64,000 bases of DNA, taken from the sequence record OR352941.1; one strand, written 5' to 3'. The stretch's first letter is position 1. Each line of letters opens with the position of its first letter. The DNA is from Escherichia phage AV111. Made by a program: the position numbers and the translations under genes. Below are positions 1 to 9,505 of the stretch, piece by piece. Below the pieces are notes generated by a model. It had not been told where the DNA came from. It ran no database searches and saw only the letters and a list, made by a program, of their open reading frames with translations.

Positions 1-100
1 CAATAAACTCATCACGACGTTGCATGATGTCTTCACAATCCGTTTTAATTAAAATAGAAACAATAGTGGCAATTTCAGAAACGATTTCAATTTTAGTCAT
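1..100 (-). CDS. asiA: anti-sigma70 AsiA, N-terminal part (gene runs off the window edge)
   Basis: ATG at 98-100 (complement); translation MTKIEIVSEIATIVSILIKTDCEDI resembles the T4 AsiA N-terminus as recalled; position next to motA. Confidence 0.55.
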   Translation of the reverse strand, partial: MTKIEIVSEIATIVSILIKTDCEDIMQRRDEFI

Positions 101-148
101 TTTAATTTACTCAAGTATTCAATAGGACGTTCATTATTCAATAAGAAT

Positions 149-177
149 ATTGTAACACTATTCTTCTAGGTTGTACA
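149..177 (-). promoter_or_regulatory. early-type promoter (minus strand: -35 TGTACA, 17 nt, -10 TACAAT) upstream of asiA; -10 flanked by AAGAATA/TATTCTT inverted repeat
   Basis: hexamers read from sequence; same architecture as other early promoters in the window. Confidence 0.45.
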
Positions 178-411
178 TATGATTTTTCATCCGTACAACA
201 TATTCCTGATATATCTCTTCTACTGGTTCCTGGAACTTAAAATCAGCTCCCAGGAATTCCTCAAAGCACTCCTGCTCACGTGTACGCATACCTGATATAG
301 TATTCTCTAAGTTATGACTAATAGCCTTTACCCTTATGTTTCTGTTTACGCTTAGACTCTTTAAAGTTTTTCTTCTTGTCCTTATGGACAGACGCCTTAT
401 TGAAATCGTGC

Positions 412-693
412 TTAGCTACCAGATTGTTCATGCAATCTCCTTAATTGATATTCGAGAGAACTAATAATTTCTTTATTAGTTGCGATATACATATCACGCA
501 GGAAAGGCTTCAATCCTACCATGCTTTCATAAAATGTCTTAGAACTAATATCCTTTATATATTCATGGTCTAAAGCGTCCCATGCCGGTTGGTTAACATA
601 AGTACCCCAGTTATCTTCCATCATAGCATTCAGGCGTTTGATATGATTAATGTGGGCTTCGATTGCGTCAATTTGGAGTTGTTTAAGATTCAT
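412..693 (-). CDS. hypothetical protein (93 aa), asiA-motA interval
   Basis: ORF in track, tight packing with neighbours. Confidence 0.5.
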   Translation of the reverse strand: MNLKQLQIDAIEAHINHIKRLNAMMEDNWGTYVNQPAWDALDHEYIKDISSKTFYESMVGLKPFLRDMYIATNKEIISSLEYQLRRLHEQSGS

Positions 694-1154
694 TAGTAAA
701 GGTCCTCAGAGTAAAGTTCTTTTTCACTACCACCACGTTCAATACGAACTTGATTAGCATATGTTGCAATAATCATTGCTTCTTCACGCGTCCAGTAATT
801 AGAGTATTGGTCAATAAAACCTTGGTCGTCACCACAAACTTGTTGCGAGACTAATTGAGGACCAACTATATCAAGTACTTCAGCCATATCTTTAGAGTAA
901 TGACGAACTCCAGGAATAATCAGAGTTCCGCCGCTCTTCAATTTAAACCTATTAGCTGCACATACTATAACACGTTGAACTTTTTGGTCATTGTTCCAAT
1001 AGCACGTTTGCCAACAGATTTCAGGAACTTCATTCATTATATCATCAGCAGAATAATTATAACCGTAGGACTGGAATTTTTCTGCTAGACTTTCAGGAGT
1101 CTCACGAGACAAGGCCAAATCTAATAGCTCTAAACGTTCTTTAAATGATTTCAT
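693..1154 (-). CDS. hypothetical protein (153 aa)
   Basis: ORF in track; 4-nt overlap with downstream gene. Confidence 0.5.
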   Translation of the reverse strand: MKSFKERLELLDLALSRETPESLAEKFQSYGYNYSADDIMNEVPEICWQTCYWNNDQKVQRVIVCAANRFKLKSGGTLIIPGVRHYSKDMAEVLDIVGPQLVSQQVCGDDQGFIDQYSNYWTREEAMIIATYANQVRIERGGSEKELYSEDLY

Positions 1155-1480
1155 TTAAACCATTCCTTAATACGTTGCCAAATAGATTTTTGTGCTTGTT
1201 TATTTACACCAATCGAACGAATAACCGGTTGTGACTGCTGATATTCTTTATAATCTTCTTTATAGATTTCGTAAGCCGCATCAACAAATGAACTGATCGC
1301 TGCCATGTAGTTTTTACGAAGGCCAAATGGCGCATCATTATTTTCACGAATAACCATATATTGGCCTGCTTTAATCTTTACAATTGTCCCTAAATAAGCC
1401 CCGTGGTACCAAATATCCCATCCTTCCTGAGTAGGTTCTGCACATTTACGAAGTTCGTTAATAATATTCAGCTTATTCAT
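1151..1480 (-). CDS. hypothetical protein (109 aa)
   Basis: ORF in track; overlaps upstream stop. Confidence 0.5.
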   Translation of the reverse strand: MNKLNIINELRKCAEPTQEGWDIWYHGAYLGTIVKIKAGQYMVIRENNDAPFGLRKNYMAAISSFVDAAYEIYKEDYKEYQQSQPVIRSIGVNKQAQKSIWQRIKEWFK

Positions 1481-1490
1481 TATGTATTCC

Positions 1491-2123
1491 TCACAGTACG
1501 TTAGTTACAAGGGTAATGATTTCTTTGGACACATTAGGGAAGTCAATGTAAGTATATTTACCACCGATCTTAATCTTAACATCATTTTCAAGAGAAGTAA
1601 ACAGCTTTGATTCAGTTTCTGACATGTTGTATGCAAAGATTCTAAGAGCACCATCTCGACGAATTTCGATCTGACGAATACCTAGAACTCGTTTTGCAAA
1701 TCGAACTTCTAAGTTACTACGGTTTTCACCAATTTCTTTAACTTCAACTTTATCTTTAATATTTTCAAAAACAAAGTTTGCTAATTCATGCATTTCAGGA
1801 GTAACTCCACGTGCTTTTCTGGTGTTACGTTTCTGAAGAAGTTCTGGAGCATTTTCTTGGGCAAATAGGTCTGCAGCTTTTTGGATAATATCCATTGCTT
1901 CGCCTGTTGCTATAAGTCCATCACCAGATTTTTCGACTAAACCTTTCTTAATCAATACACCAATGTTAGAGTTAACAACTGATGCATTGTATTCTGCTTC
2001 CAGAGCTTCACGGACATTGGCAGCAGTGGTGAAGTTGTTCTTAATGATATAAACCATTATTGCAGCAGTTTTTTCATTCAGAACGTTTTCAGAAGCTTTG
2101 ATGATGTAAGTAACTTTAGACAT
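1491..2123 (-). CDS. motA: middle-transcription activator MotA
   Basis: 210 aa; MSKVTYIIKAS...NSNIGVLIKKGLVEKSGDGLI closely matches T4 MotA as recalled; GGAG RBS. Confidence 0.9.
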   Translation of the reverse strand: MSKVTYIIKASENVLNEKTAAIMVYIIKNNFTTAANVREALEAEYNASVVNSNIGVLIKKGLVEKSGDGLIATGEAMDIIQKAADLFAQENAPELLQKRNTRKARGVTPEMHELANFVFENIKDKVEVKEIGENRSNLEVRFAKRVLGIRQIEIRRDGALRIFAYNMSETESKLFTSLENDVKIKIGGKYTYIDFPNVSKEIITLVTNVL

Positions 2124-2162
2124 TTTATTTCTCCAATTTGGTTGTTTTGTTTTGATAGGTCT

Positions 2163-2191
2163 ATAATATCATGTTTGAAGCACATGTAAAC
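2163..2191 (-). promoter_or_regulatory. early promoter upstream of motA (-35 GTTTAC, 17 nt, TGnTATTAT)
   Basis: plus-strand gtaaac at 2186-2191 and ataata at 2163-2168. Confidence 0.55.
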
Positions 2192-2219
2192 TGTTTTGTG
2201 AGGAAAAAAATGCACAAAA

Positions 2220-2235
2220 GGGAGCCGAAGCTCCC
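2220..2235 (-). terminator. intrinsic terminator-like hairpin GGGAGC-UUCG-GCUCCC followed by a U-rich tract, downstream of gene 52
   Basis: perfect 6-bp stem with UUCG tetraloop on the minus-strand RNA. Confidence 0.6.
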
Positions 2236-2311
2236 TAATCATGCATGTCCAACCAATACAGCCAAATCACTAGTGCAGCTATTGCACCGAGAAATCCTAA
2301 GGCTAGGGCAC

Positions 2312-3637
2312 TCAAAGTGCCTCCAAGTCTTTAGTGTACTCTGTCACAACATCAGTAGACTTCCAATACTCATTTTCTTCTTTCTTAGCTTTAGCTTCTT
2401 CTGCTAGTTTACGTGCTTCATCGGAAGTGATATGGAAGATGTTAAGACCTACCAGTTTATCGACATGTTCTTTATACATTTCGATTTGTGCTAGCTCTTC
2501 AGTCAAAGCTTTACGAGTCTTGCCCTGAATCACAATTTCGCCGCTGATAACTTTTTTGATGAAGTGTGCCTTAGCAAAAGCAAGTTTAAATGCTTTTTCA
2601 GATTCAATGATTTTGTTATCAATACGTTTCTGAACGTAAGTCTTACGGACTTCAACAAAATCTTTGATTAAGTCCACTACGTTATCATAGACCGCTAATT
2701 TACCCTTTTCATTAATCACTGTGATGTTTTGTGAACGACGTTCTATGAGACTAAAATCTTTCATGATTTTTTCATGACGTAGCTCTTCATCATCAGGAAG
2801 CGAGTACTCTTTACGGAACTTCACCTTAAACCCAAAGCCGTGTTCACCGCAATCATCTTCCCATGAGATTAGACCTTTGTCTTCCAACGGGTCAAGAACC
2901 TTACTCACATACGTTTCACGGTCGAATTTATATGGGATTTCAGTTATCTGCATTTGAGTGCGAGATGTGAACTTATATGTTCCGTGAATCTCATAACGCC
3001 CATCAACTTCATGTACTTCACCACGGAATTCCGGGAATTCAACTTTTGGCTTAGTGACATTTTTACCTTGAAGAGCTTGTAATACAGCCTTTTTTACCGA
3101 TTTAAAACTATGAGGCAGAATATTTGTTGCGTAACCGGTTGCAATACCAGAGACGCCATTCAAAAGAACTGTCGGAATAATAGGAAGATAGAATTTTGGT
3201 GGAATGTGTTCTTTATCTTCATGAGCTGGAGCATATTCAGTATCTTTATATACGTTATAGAAATTTTTACTTACACGAGCAAAAATATAACGAGATGCTG
3301 CAGCTTTTTGGACTGTTCGAGAACCAAAGTTGCCTTGGCCATCTAACAGTGGATAGTTGTTGTTCCATGTGTTAGCCATCAATGCACCTGCATCTTGTGC
3401 AGAAGATTCACCATGGTGATAACCTAAATCTGCAACACCGCCTGCAATTGACGCAAGTTTATGAAATTTTTCTTTATTGCCACGAGCCAAATCTAACGCA
3501 CGATGAACCACAAAACGTTGAACCGGCTTAAATCCATCAATCATGTTTGGGATTGCACGGTTTTCAACGGTGTACATCGCATATGCTAAGGCTTCGTTAT
3601 CAATAATACTTTTTAGATTACGAGAATTCAATTGCAT
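2312..3637 (-). CDS. 52: DNA topoisomerase II medium subunit gp52
   Basis: 441 aa; GyrA-like; matches T4 gp52 length and synteny. Confidence 0.9.
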   Translation of the reverse strand: MQLNSRNLKSIIDNEALAYAMYTVENRAIPNMIDGFKPVQRFVVHRALDLARGNKEKFHKLASIAGGVADLGYHHGESSAQDAGALMANTWNNNYPLLDGQGNFGSRTVQKAAASRYIFARVSKNFYNVYKDTEYAPAHEDKEHIPPKFYLPIIPTVLLNGVSGIATGYATNILPHSFKSVKKAVLQALQGKNVTKPKVEFPEFRGEVHEVDGRYEIHGTYKFTSRTQMQITEIPYKFDRETYVSKVLDPLEDKGLISWEDDCGEHGFGFKVKFRKEYSLPDDEELRHEKIMKDFSLIERRSQNITVINEKGKLAVYDNVVDLIKDFVEVRKTYVQKRIDNKIIESEKAFKLAFAKAHFIKKVISGEIVIQGKTRKALTEELAQIEMYKEHVDKLVGLNIFHITSDEARKLAEEAKAKKEENEYWKSTDVVTEYTKDLEAL

Positions 3638-3641
3638 ATTT

Positions 3642-3782
3642 TCACCATATTAATGAACGAATAACCATTATAACATCCGAAATGAAAAGCACTACTTGGA
3701 TTAGTCCAAACATCACACCGTAGTACAGAACCGTAAGCAACAACAAGAGCCCGAAGGCTCCTGCTAAGATTTTCTTAATCAT
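3642..3782 (-). CDS. small hydrophobic protein (46 aa), ac/52.1-like position
   Basis: ATG at 3780-3782, ends 3 nt before gene 52 ATG; below ORF-track length cutoff. Confidence 0.4.
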   Translation of the reverse strand: MIKKILAGAFGLLLLLTVLYYGVMFGLIQVVLFISDVIMVIRSLIW

Positions 3783-3928
3783 TACTCGCCTTTTAACACG
3801 TTAAAAAGAGCTAAGACCGCTAAGGTGCCTTGTGATACGGCCTGTTGAAATACCGTTGTTTCGCCTGTAACTAAAGTGTTAACGAATAAAAACGACCAAC
3901 ACAACAATGCAATAATCCATGATACCAT
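3782..3928 (-). CDS. small hydrophobic protein (48 aa)
   Basis: GAGGT RBS; stop overlaps the next ATG (TAATG). Confidence 0.4.
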   Translation of the reverse strand: MVSWIIALLCWSFLFVNTLVTGETTVFQQAVSQGTLAVLALFNVLKGE

Positions 3929-3980
3929 TTTAATTACCTCAAAAATAAATTAAAGGCCCAACTTAATAGGCCTGTATAAA

Positions 3981-4427
3981 TTAGTAACTCTGCAGAATGA
4001 ATTTGAAATTATCTGCCAGAAGACGGTTCATTTCAGTGAGTGTTTGATATTCTGATGTATGGTTGCGAGTGAATGCCAGAGCCAATTGACCTTTACCATA
4101 ACCAGTGGTCAGTGGTTTCATGTTCTTAGCTGCAACAAAGATTACATCATATTCAATATTGTTAGTGCCCATGGTACGGGCTAGTTGTGAACGGCCTTGA
4201 CGAATGTGAGAAAGAATTGCATCCAACCCTTGTTTAGAACGTTGACGTCCTACAAAGAATCGTGCTGCTACTTGTCGCCAATCAGATGAACCTTTAACAA
4301 AGAAGTAAAAACCTTCACGAGAACGAAACTCTTTAGAAACTTCAGAACCGTATTCGCCATTACGAACTACTGCAACAACTTCACCACCAACTGCCAGAAG
4401 GTCTTTACGAGTTAAATATTTGGACAT
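3981..4427 (-). CDS. ndd: nucleoid disruption protein Ndd
   Basis: 148 aa; RQRSKQG...[20 protein letters not shown]...[17 protein letters not shown] matches T4 Ndd as recalled. Confidence 0.9.
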   Translation of the reverse strand: MSKYLTRKDLLAVGGEVVAVVRNGEYGSEVSKEFRSREGFYFFVKGSSDWRQVAARFFVGRQRSKQGLDAILSHIRQGRSQLARTMGTNNIEYDVIFVAAKNMKPLTTGYGKGQLALAFTRNHTSEYQTLTEMNRLLADNFKFILQSY

Positions 4428-4471
4428 GCTAATTTCCTCAATTGATTAATGTTTTTGTAATCCATGAGAGC

Positions 4472-4500
4472 ATTATACTCTGCTCTCAAGAGTTTGTACA
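4472..4500 (-). promoter_or_regulatory. early promoter upstream of ndd (-35 TGTACA, 17 nt, -10 TATAAT)
   Basis: hexamers read from sequence. Confidence 0.55.
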
Positions 4501-4503
4501 ATT

Positions 4504-4704
4504 TTATTCGGCTATATCAGAACGTTCAAAAAGCTCTTCAACAGTTAAACATTCAGTGTCATCTTCAATAAAGAATCGAGTCCAACACGTTGGGGCGATA
4601 CAGTTATGAGTTTGTCCGGCTATAGAAGCTACACGAATAAGCTGCTGGCCATTATTCAGGACAAATTTTTCACCAATTTCAACATCTTTAAAAAGCTTAG
4701 CCAT
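4504..4704 (-). CDS. hypothetical protein (66 aa)
   Basis: ORF in track, ATG start, RBS, own promoter. Confidence 0.5.
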   Translation of the reverse strand: MAKLFKDVEIGEKFVLNNGQQLIRVASIAGQTHNCIAPTCWTRFFIEDDTECLTVEELFERSDIAE

Positions 4705-4732
4705 TTTGTTTTCCTCTTGATTTGATGTGATT

Positions 4733-4762
4733 ACTATACCATAATCCTATCGTGATGTAAAC
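4733..4762 (-). promoter_or_regulatory. early promoter (-35 GTTTAC, 18 nt, -10 TATAGT)
   Basis: read from sequence; -10 flanked by GATTA/TAATC repeat. Confidence 0.5.
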
Positions 4763-4764
4763 AA

Positions 4765-4875
4765 TTAAATTACATTAAAATATGTTAAAGCCAACCATGT
4801 TCCAGTGAACGAACATGCAATGTAAAAACCAGTATCACAAATTGTTCTTAGTACAATAAGAAGTGCATTTTTCAT
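4765..4875 (-). CDS. tiny hydrophobic protein (36 aa)
   Basis: ATGA overlap with upstream tiny ORF; GAGGT RBS. Confidence 0.3.
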   Translation of the reverse strand: MKNALLIVLRTICDTGFYIACSFTGTWLALTYFNVI

Positions 4876-4958
4876 AAGTACCTCAATGCAATTGAAAATA
4901 TTATACAAATCATAGGGATACTAAGCAACCATATTCCAATCCACATTTTAGAGCTCAT
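4872..4958 (-). CDS. tiny hydrophobic protein (28 aa)
   Basis: ATG overlaps stop of ORF 4955..5218 (ATGA). Confidence 0.3.
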   Translation of the reverse strand: MSSKMWIGIWLLSIPMICIIFSIALRYL

Positions 4959-5218
4959 ATCTCAACTTCCGCGAGTTCCATATATCCTTTGTTGATAACC
5001 TCTTTAAGGTCTTTAGAAAGAATGACATTAAAATGGTCGTTCATATGTCCATTAACTAAACGAGTTATTTCGGCTTCAGATGACATATAAGGCACGTCCG
5101 AGTCCCAATGAGATAGACCCAAATGGGTATAAATCATCCCTTCGTCGTCTGCAGTGTTGTACATTGAAACAAATTCGCCTGTTACTTTATGTTTTGCGTA
5201 GAAAAATTTAAATTTCAT
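4955..5218 (-). CDS. hypothetical protein (87 aa)
   Basis: ORF in track, ATG start, own promoter. Confidence 0.5.
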   Translation of the reverse strand: MKFKFFYAKHKVTGEFVSMYNTADDEGMIYTHLGLSHWDSDVPYMSSEAEITRLVNGHMNDHFNVILSKDLKEVINKGYMELAEVEI

Positions 5219-5244
5219 GATGTTATCCTCTTTTAGATAGGACT

Positions 5245-5274
5245 ACTATATCATAGTCCTACTTAGTTGTAAAC
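5245..5274 (-). promoter_or_regulatory. early promoter (-35 GTTTAC, 18 nt, -10 TATAGT) with AGGACTA/TAGTCCT repeat around the -10
   Basis: read from sequence. Confidence 0.5.
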
Positions 5275-5286
5275 ACTTTTATGAAA

Positions 5287-5844
5287 TTAAAGATGAAGAT
5301 ACCACCCGTTGTAGTTGCTCTTGCGGACGATTTTCTTTAGGTCTTCATGGTCTCCCACGAACTTTATAGAATAGGAGAAGACGTCAGGTGAGGTTTCTTT
5401 GACATCTAATATAATAATGCAATCTGCGACTCGATGGTTCAAGAAGGGCCCTATATTGATTCCATTACCACCAGGATAATCACCACTGTATCCTGTGGTA
5501 ACCGAAATCCATTTAGAATCTATCTGGTGCGTCTTGACTTCGACACGCAACCCGCAATATTTAGGATGAGCTAACACGTCCCATGCATACGTGTACGGGT
5601 CTTCTACGTCTTCAATACCTTTATTAACATATCCATCTAGCCAATTTGCTACTACATACTCTGCAAAGACCGCAACCTTACAACGTCGAACAACGTCTTC
5701 TTTTATTTGACCTGGATCTTGTTTCAACGAGTACCGAGCAGTATCAGCGATCTTAACCTTCATTTCGCTAGTCAAAAACTCATTCGACAGGATAAATGTC
5801 GGAAGACTCTTCAGCCTCAACAGCCCCAAGTTCGTCTTTACCAT
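5287..5844 (-). CDS. denB: endonuclease IV DenB-like
   Basis: track ORF is 206 aa; internal ATG at 5844 with AGAGG RBS gives 185 aa, the T4 DenB length; synteny between ndd and rIIB. Confidence 0.7.
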   Translation of the reverse strand: MVKTNLGLLRLKSLPTFILSNEFLTSEMKVKIADTARYSLKQDPGQIKEDVVRRCKVAVFAEYVVANWLDGYVNKGIEDVEDPYTYAWDVLAHPKYCGLRVEVKTHQIDSKWISVTTGYSGDYPGGNGINIGPFLNHRVADCIIILDVKETSPDVFSYSIKFVGDHEDLKKIVRKSNYNGWYLHL

Positions 5845-6067
5845 AGATACCTCTGATGTGTAGTTCGCCAAAATAAATGCGGTCACCTTCTTCAAGATAT
5901 TCTGCATCTACAGGCGGAATTTCAATAACAACTTCGTCGCATTCTAACCAGCCGTAGTGTGCATCACCAGGATGTTTTACCAATTTAGCGCAATAAACTG
6001 ATTTACACTTATGATGACCACGAAGATTAGCAATTTTGGATTCTGATACGTCAAATGGATGAATCAT
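5780..6067 (-). CDS. hypothetical protein (95 aa), overlaps denB 5' end
   Basis: ATG at 6067 with RBS; overlap makes it uncertain. Confidence 0.3.
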   Translation of the reverse strand: MIHPFDVSESKIANLRGHHKCKSVYCAKLVKHPGDAHYGWLECDEVVIEIPPVDAEYLEEGDRIYFGELHIRGIYGKDELGAVEAEESSDIYPVE

Positions 6068-6087
6068 AATTACCCCTAAAGAAAAAA

Positions 6088-6103
6088 GGGGACCGAAGTC
6101 CCC
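6088..6103 (-). terminator. intrinsic terminator GGGGAC-UUCG-GUCCCC plus U6 tract, downstream of rIIB
   Basis: perfect 6-bp stem, UUCG loop, UUUUUUCUUU tail on minus RNA. Confidence 0.65.
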
Positions 6104-6108
6104 AATTA

Positions 6109-7044
6109 TTATTCTGCAAATAATTCAGTAACGTCTGAAATTACTTCATAACGACAAGTACGCATCTTAGCATCACCATAGTCAACTGGGATAGATACAA
6201 CATCACGTGGATGAACTTTAACCTTAACAACTTTATCTGAGCTAGAACCAAAGTAACGAATATATGATTTAGCACAAACATGTAGACCACGGGAGCAGGT
6301 TTGAGTATCATCATCGTTAACACGAGTACGAGGCATTGAAACAACTTTACCAGGCGAGTTATCAAATGTGCCGCTATAGCAATCTAAATAGTCTTTACGA
6401 ACTACTTTCCACGCATAGAAATGCCCATCTTCAGTGATTTCAATATCGTTTGCAACCAAGAAGTCGAATAAACGTTGTACAGCTTTTTCGCTTGGGTTTT
6501 CTAACAGGTTTTCAAGGAACGGCAGATAGAATTTAAAGTCTTCGCCTTTTTCCATGGAATCAATAATACGATTAACCAGTCCTGAACGAATCTCTATACC
6601 TTGATAAAATAAACTACCACCTTCAATAGTAACATTACCATCAACAAACTTAGTAATAGCTTTCTTGATGTTAATAAGTTCGACAGCTTTACTAAGGTTT
6701 CCTGCGACCAGATTAGCTTTAATTTCTTCAAAATTTGCATGACTTGATGGGGTCGCATTGTATGCTACGCGTCCTTCAATAATTGAAATAAATTTAGATG
6801 ACGCGTTCCATACGATTTCAGGACGATGTCCGCCGATAATAGGTTCATCATTTTCTGGGACCTGTTCTTCGTCTTCAAATTCAGCTGCTTTCTCTTCAGC
6901 TTTAAAATTCTTAACAATCTTACGAAGAGTATCTGTTGAAATGTCAAAGTAATCGGCAATTTCTTTACGGGTCCATTTGCCTGATTTAACCAGGCCATAA
7001 GCTTCTAACTGTTCTTCTTGGGACAAGCATTTGATATTGTACAT
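6109..7044 (-). CDS. rIIB: rIIB protein
   Basis: 311 aa; MYNIKCL... N-terminus and length match T4 rIIB; coupled to rIIA. Confidence 0.9.
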   Translation of the reverse strand: MYNIKCLSQEEQLEAYGLVKSGKWTRKEIADYFDISTDTLRKIVKNFKAEEKAAEFEDEEQVPENDEPIIGGHRPEIVWNASSKFISIIEGRVAYNATPSSHANFEEIKANLVAGNLSKAVELINIKKAITKFVDGNVTIEGGSLFYQGIEIRSGLVNRIIDSMEKGEDFKFYLPFLENLLENPSEKAVQRLFDFLVANDIEITEDGHFYAWKVVRKDYLDCYSGTFDNSPGKVVSMPRTRVNDDDTQTCSRGLHVCAKSYIRYFGSSSDKVVKVKVHPRDVVSIPVDYGDAKMRTCRYEVISDVTELFAE

Positions 7045-7053
7045 AATGTTTCC

Positions 7054-9267
7054 TTATTTGGCCGCTTCCACGGCCTTCATGAATTTAACGATTTGAGCGA
7101 CCTGTTCTTTGGAAAGAGTACCACGTCGTCCCATGTATTCTGACACAATATGATAATTGGTTTCGAATTCAATAACCATTTTATCATCATTATCGTAAGC
7201 ATTATCTTTAAGCTTATCGAAAATTTTAGCACACAATTCTAACTTCCTGTTCAGGTCTCTGTTATCAGCGCCTGCGAATCGATTCCATCCCCAGCGATTA
7301 TTTACTGTTGAGAGTTTTGCAAAGTCTTTACTGATTTCTTTGTTCTTAGAGCTAAAATACTTACTAAGGAAGTTAAGCTCTTCATTACGAGTAATATGAT
7401 TCAAATAAGGCTGTGCTCTACGACTTGGTGATACATACTCATCATAATCTACTTTATCGATTAGCATAATATAGTCATTAATTGATTTTTCAAACAAGCA
7501 TTCTACTTCACCAAGTTTACGAACTTTCTTAGCAATCTGTGGGCGAACTACAGTGAACTCTTTAATACCTGACAAATCGGCAATACGAGTCAAGAAACTA
7601 GAATCATAGTTCAACCAACCTTTATCTGCGTCAAGACATTCGGCGTTAGAACGATTACGAATTACAACATAACCTTGAATCTCATCAGCTTTACCGGCCG
7701 GAATAAAGAGATCTTCTGATACCCAAACATCGTTTTCATTCTTAAAGAACCGATGAGCACTTGGGGATTTAGGACGAGGTTGCGATGAACGTTCTTTAAC
7801 TTCAATCCACGGTTTAACTAATGCAAGAATTTCAGAGGTCTTATAAAATTTAAGGCTATCACCAGCGAAAATAACCTTTAATCGTTCCAGAAGTTTCATT
7901 GCAACTTCATCTTCCGGGTTAATGAATAATACGCTACTACCCCGTCCGGAAGGAACCTTATCAACGAGTGTTGATGCATCTGTGGAAGTCAAAGCATCGT
8001 TCAGAGCACGCATCATGGGTACGCGGCCTTTCACATCGTCAATAACAATATCAATATGCTTACGACTAATACCTAGCAGGCTATTAATTGAAATAGTTGC
8101 AGACGAGCTTCCGCTTTCACGAATACGACGAAGTCGTGGGTCTGAAACGATATCGTATACAACACCAAGGTTGCACCATTCAGGTCCCATTTTAAAACGT
8201 TTGTACAACTCGGAATAAGTTAGTTGTTCTTTAGAGTATTTCAGTGATTCAATATTAGACCCGGCTTTTTCCATGTATTTACGAGCAGAGTAACCAAGAG
8301 AATCGATTTCACGGAATACATGACGTGGATATTCACAATCAATCCATTTCTTAGAATCTTCAGCAAATAATTTTGCATCGATTTCTGCAACGCGTTTATG
8401 GATATTTGCTACTGTACGTTTATCAAATGACAATGCTTCACGAGACGGGGCTACATCTAGTTCACCCATAGGGAATTTAATATAAGCTGTAGTGCATCGC
8501 GTCATCATCCATGTTTGTTCTTTAATAACACTTCCAATTGGATATACAATACCACCGTAAACAGCCATGATATTACCACGTTCACCCCATGGAGCTTCCT
8601 TGGCCAAATATACATCGTCAAATTCAGGGAAGTATTTAATATCTTTAACACCACGAACTTCTGCAATATCACCTAGAGGACGCATAACATATGCAATTTC
8701 GGATGCGAACTTTTCAAAATCTTCTGGGTTAACAGGCACAACTACTTCAACGCCGGTCCGGTCATCAGGACCCATCTTATCTACAAAGGTCGGCTTAATT
8801 TGTGGACCCGTGTCATCTTGGTAGATTACGTAACCACGAACTTCGCCGTTGTGATAAGACGTAAGGTTAAACGTATCGGTATATGCTAGCGGAGCTTTAG
8901 AGCCGAGTCCGAATCCACCAATGAAATCGTTACTCGATGTTTTAGTTGAAGCAAAATATGAGTTATAGATTCCTGGCTCTTCGTCATTACCTCGAATGGT
9001 GAAATCACTCATACCAGGACCAAAGTCTCGAACTACAAAACGTGGGTCTAAACGACCTGGAGCCTGAACAATAAACTTATCAGTGCAACCATTAAGAATT
9101 TGTCCATCAATACAGTTTGTGATTAATTCACGTACACAAGCCAATTCTTTGTTTGTATAAAGGTCGTTAGACAAAATCTTATAAACTTTGCTATTGCCTT
9201 GAATAGTGAATGCTGTGCTCTTACCGCCTGAACCAATAATCGTTTCTTTAGCCGTTTCAATAATCAT
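7054..9267 (-). CDS. rIIA: rIIA protein (GHKL ATPase-like N-terminus)
   Basis: 737 aa; synteny and N-terminal similarity to T4 rIIA. Confidence 0.92.
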   Translation of the reverse strand: MIIETAKETIIGSGGKSTAFTIQGNSKVYKILSNDLYTNKELACVRELITNCIDGQILNGCTDKFIVQAPGRLDPRFVVRDFGPGMSDFTIRGNDEEPGIYNSYFASTKTSSNDFIGGFGLGSKAPLAYTDTFNLTSYHNGEVRGYVIYQDDTGPQIKPTFVDKMGPDDRTGVEVVVPVNPEDFEKFASEIAYVMRPLGDIAEVRGVKDIKYFPEFDDVYLAKEAPWGERGNIMAVYGGIVYPIGSVIKEQTWMMTRCTTAYIKFPMGELDVAPSREALSFDKRTVANIHKRVAEIDAKLFAEDSKKWIDCEYPRHVFREIDSLGYSARKYMEKAGSNIESLKYSKEQLTYSELYKRFKMGPEWCNLGVVYDIVSDPRLRRIRESGSSSATISINSLLGISRKHIDIVIDDVKGRVPMMRALNDALTSTDASTLVDKVPSGRGSSVLFINPEDEVAMKLLERLKVIFAGDSLKFYKTSEILALVKPWIEVKERSSQPRPKSPSAHRFFKNENDVWVSEDLFIPAGKADEIQGYVVIRNRSNAECLDADKGWLNYDSSFLTRIADLSGIKEFTVVRPQIAKKVRKLGEVECLFEKSINDYIMLIDKVDYDEYVSPSRRAQPYLNHITRNEELNFLSKYFSSKNKEISKDFAKLSTVNNRWGWNRFAGADNRDLNRKLELCAKIFDKLKDNAYDNDDKMVIEFETNYHIVSEYMGRRGTLSKEQVAQIVKFMKAVEAAK

Positions 9268-9279
9268 ATTTTTCTCTCA

Positions 9280-9480
9280 TCACAAGTTACGTTTAAAAAT
9301 TTCTGCTACTTCAAGAAGTTCTTCTTTAGTAGCTGTATCGGTTTGTATTTTATATCGAATTTCCTTAAAGCGTTCTTTAAAGGCTTCAGCTGATTCGATA
9401 TCAAAAAATCTTTGGATAAGCCGGAATTCCCGGAGCACTGCTTTATCAAAAAGTTCCAAGTCCACGTTATACGTTCTCAT
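9280..9480 (-). CDS. hypothetical protein (66 aa), rIIA.1 position
   Basis: ORF in track, GAAGAG RBS. Confidence 0.5.
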   Translation of the reverse strand: MRTYNVDLELFDKAVLREFRLIQRFFDIESAEAFKERFKEIRYKIQTDTATKEELLEVAEIFKRNL

Positions 9481-9505
9481 AATATTCTCTTCAGTAGATT
9501 CCTAG

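Noticed and set aside
2163-2168. Perfect plus-strand TATAAT hexamers at many promoters (suggesting plus-strand promoters)
   Set aside because: The matching GTTTAC-type -35 elements and all downstream genes are on the minus strand; the plus-strand TATAAT comes from the palindromic TATAATA core, not from a plus-strand promoter.
3747-3760. GAGCC-UUCG-GGCUC hairpin
   Set aside because: It falls inside the coding sequence of the small hydrophobic ORF 3642..3782 (codons for AGAFGL) and has only a 5-bp stem, so I do not call it a terminator.
6141-6365. Minus-strand 74-aa ORF inside rIIB
   Set aside because: Alternative frame within rIIB with hydrophobic low-complexity translation.
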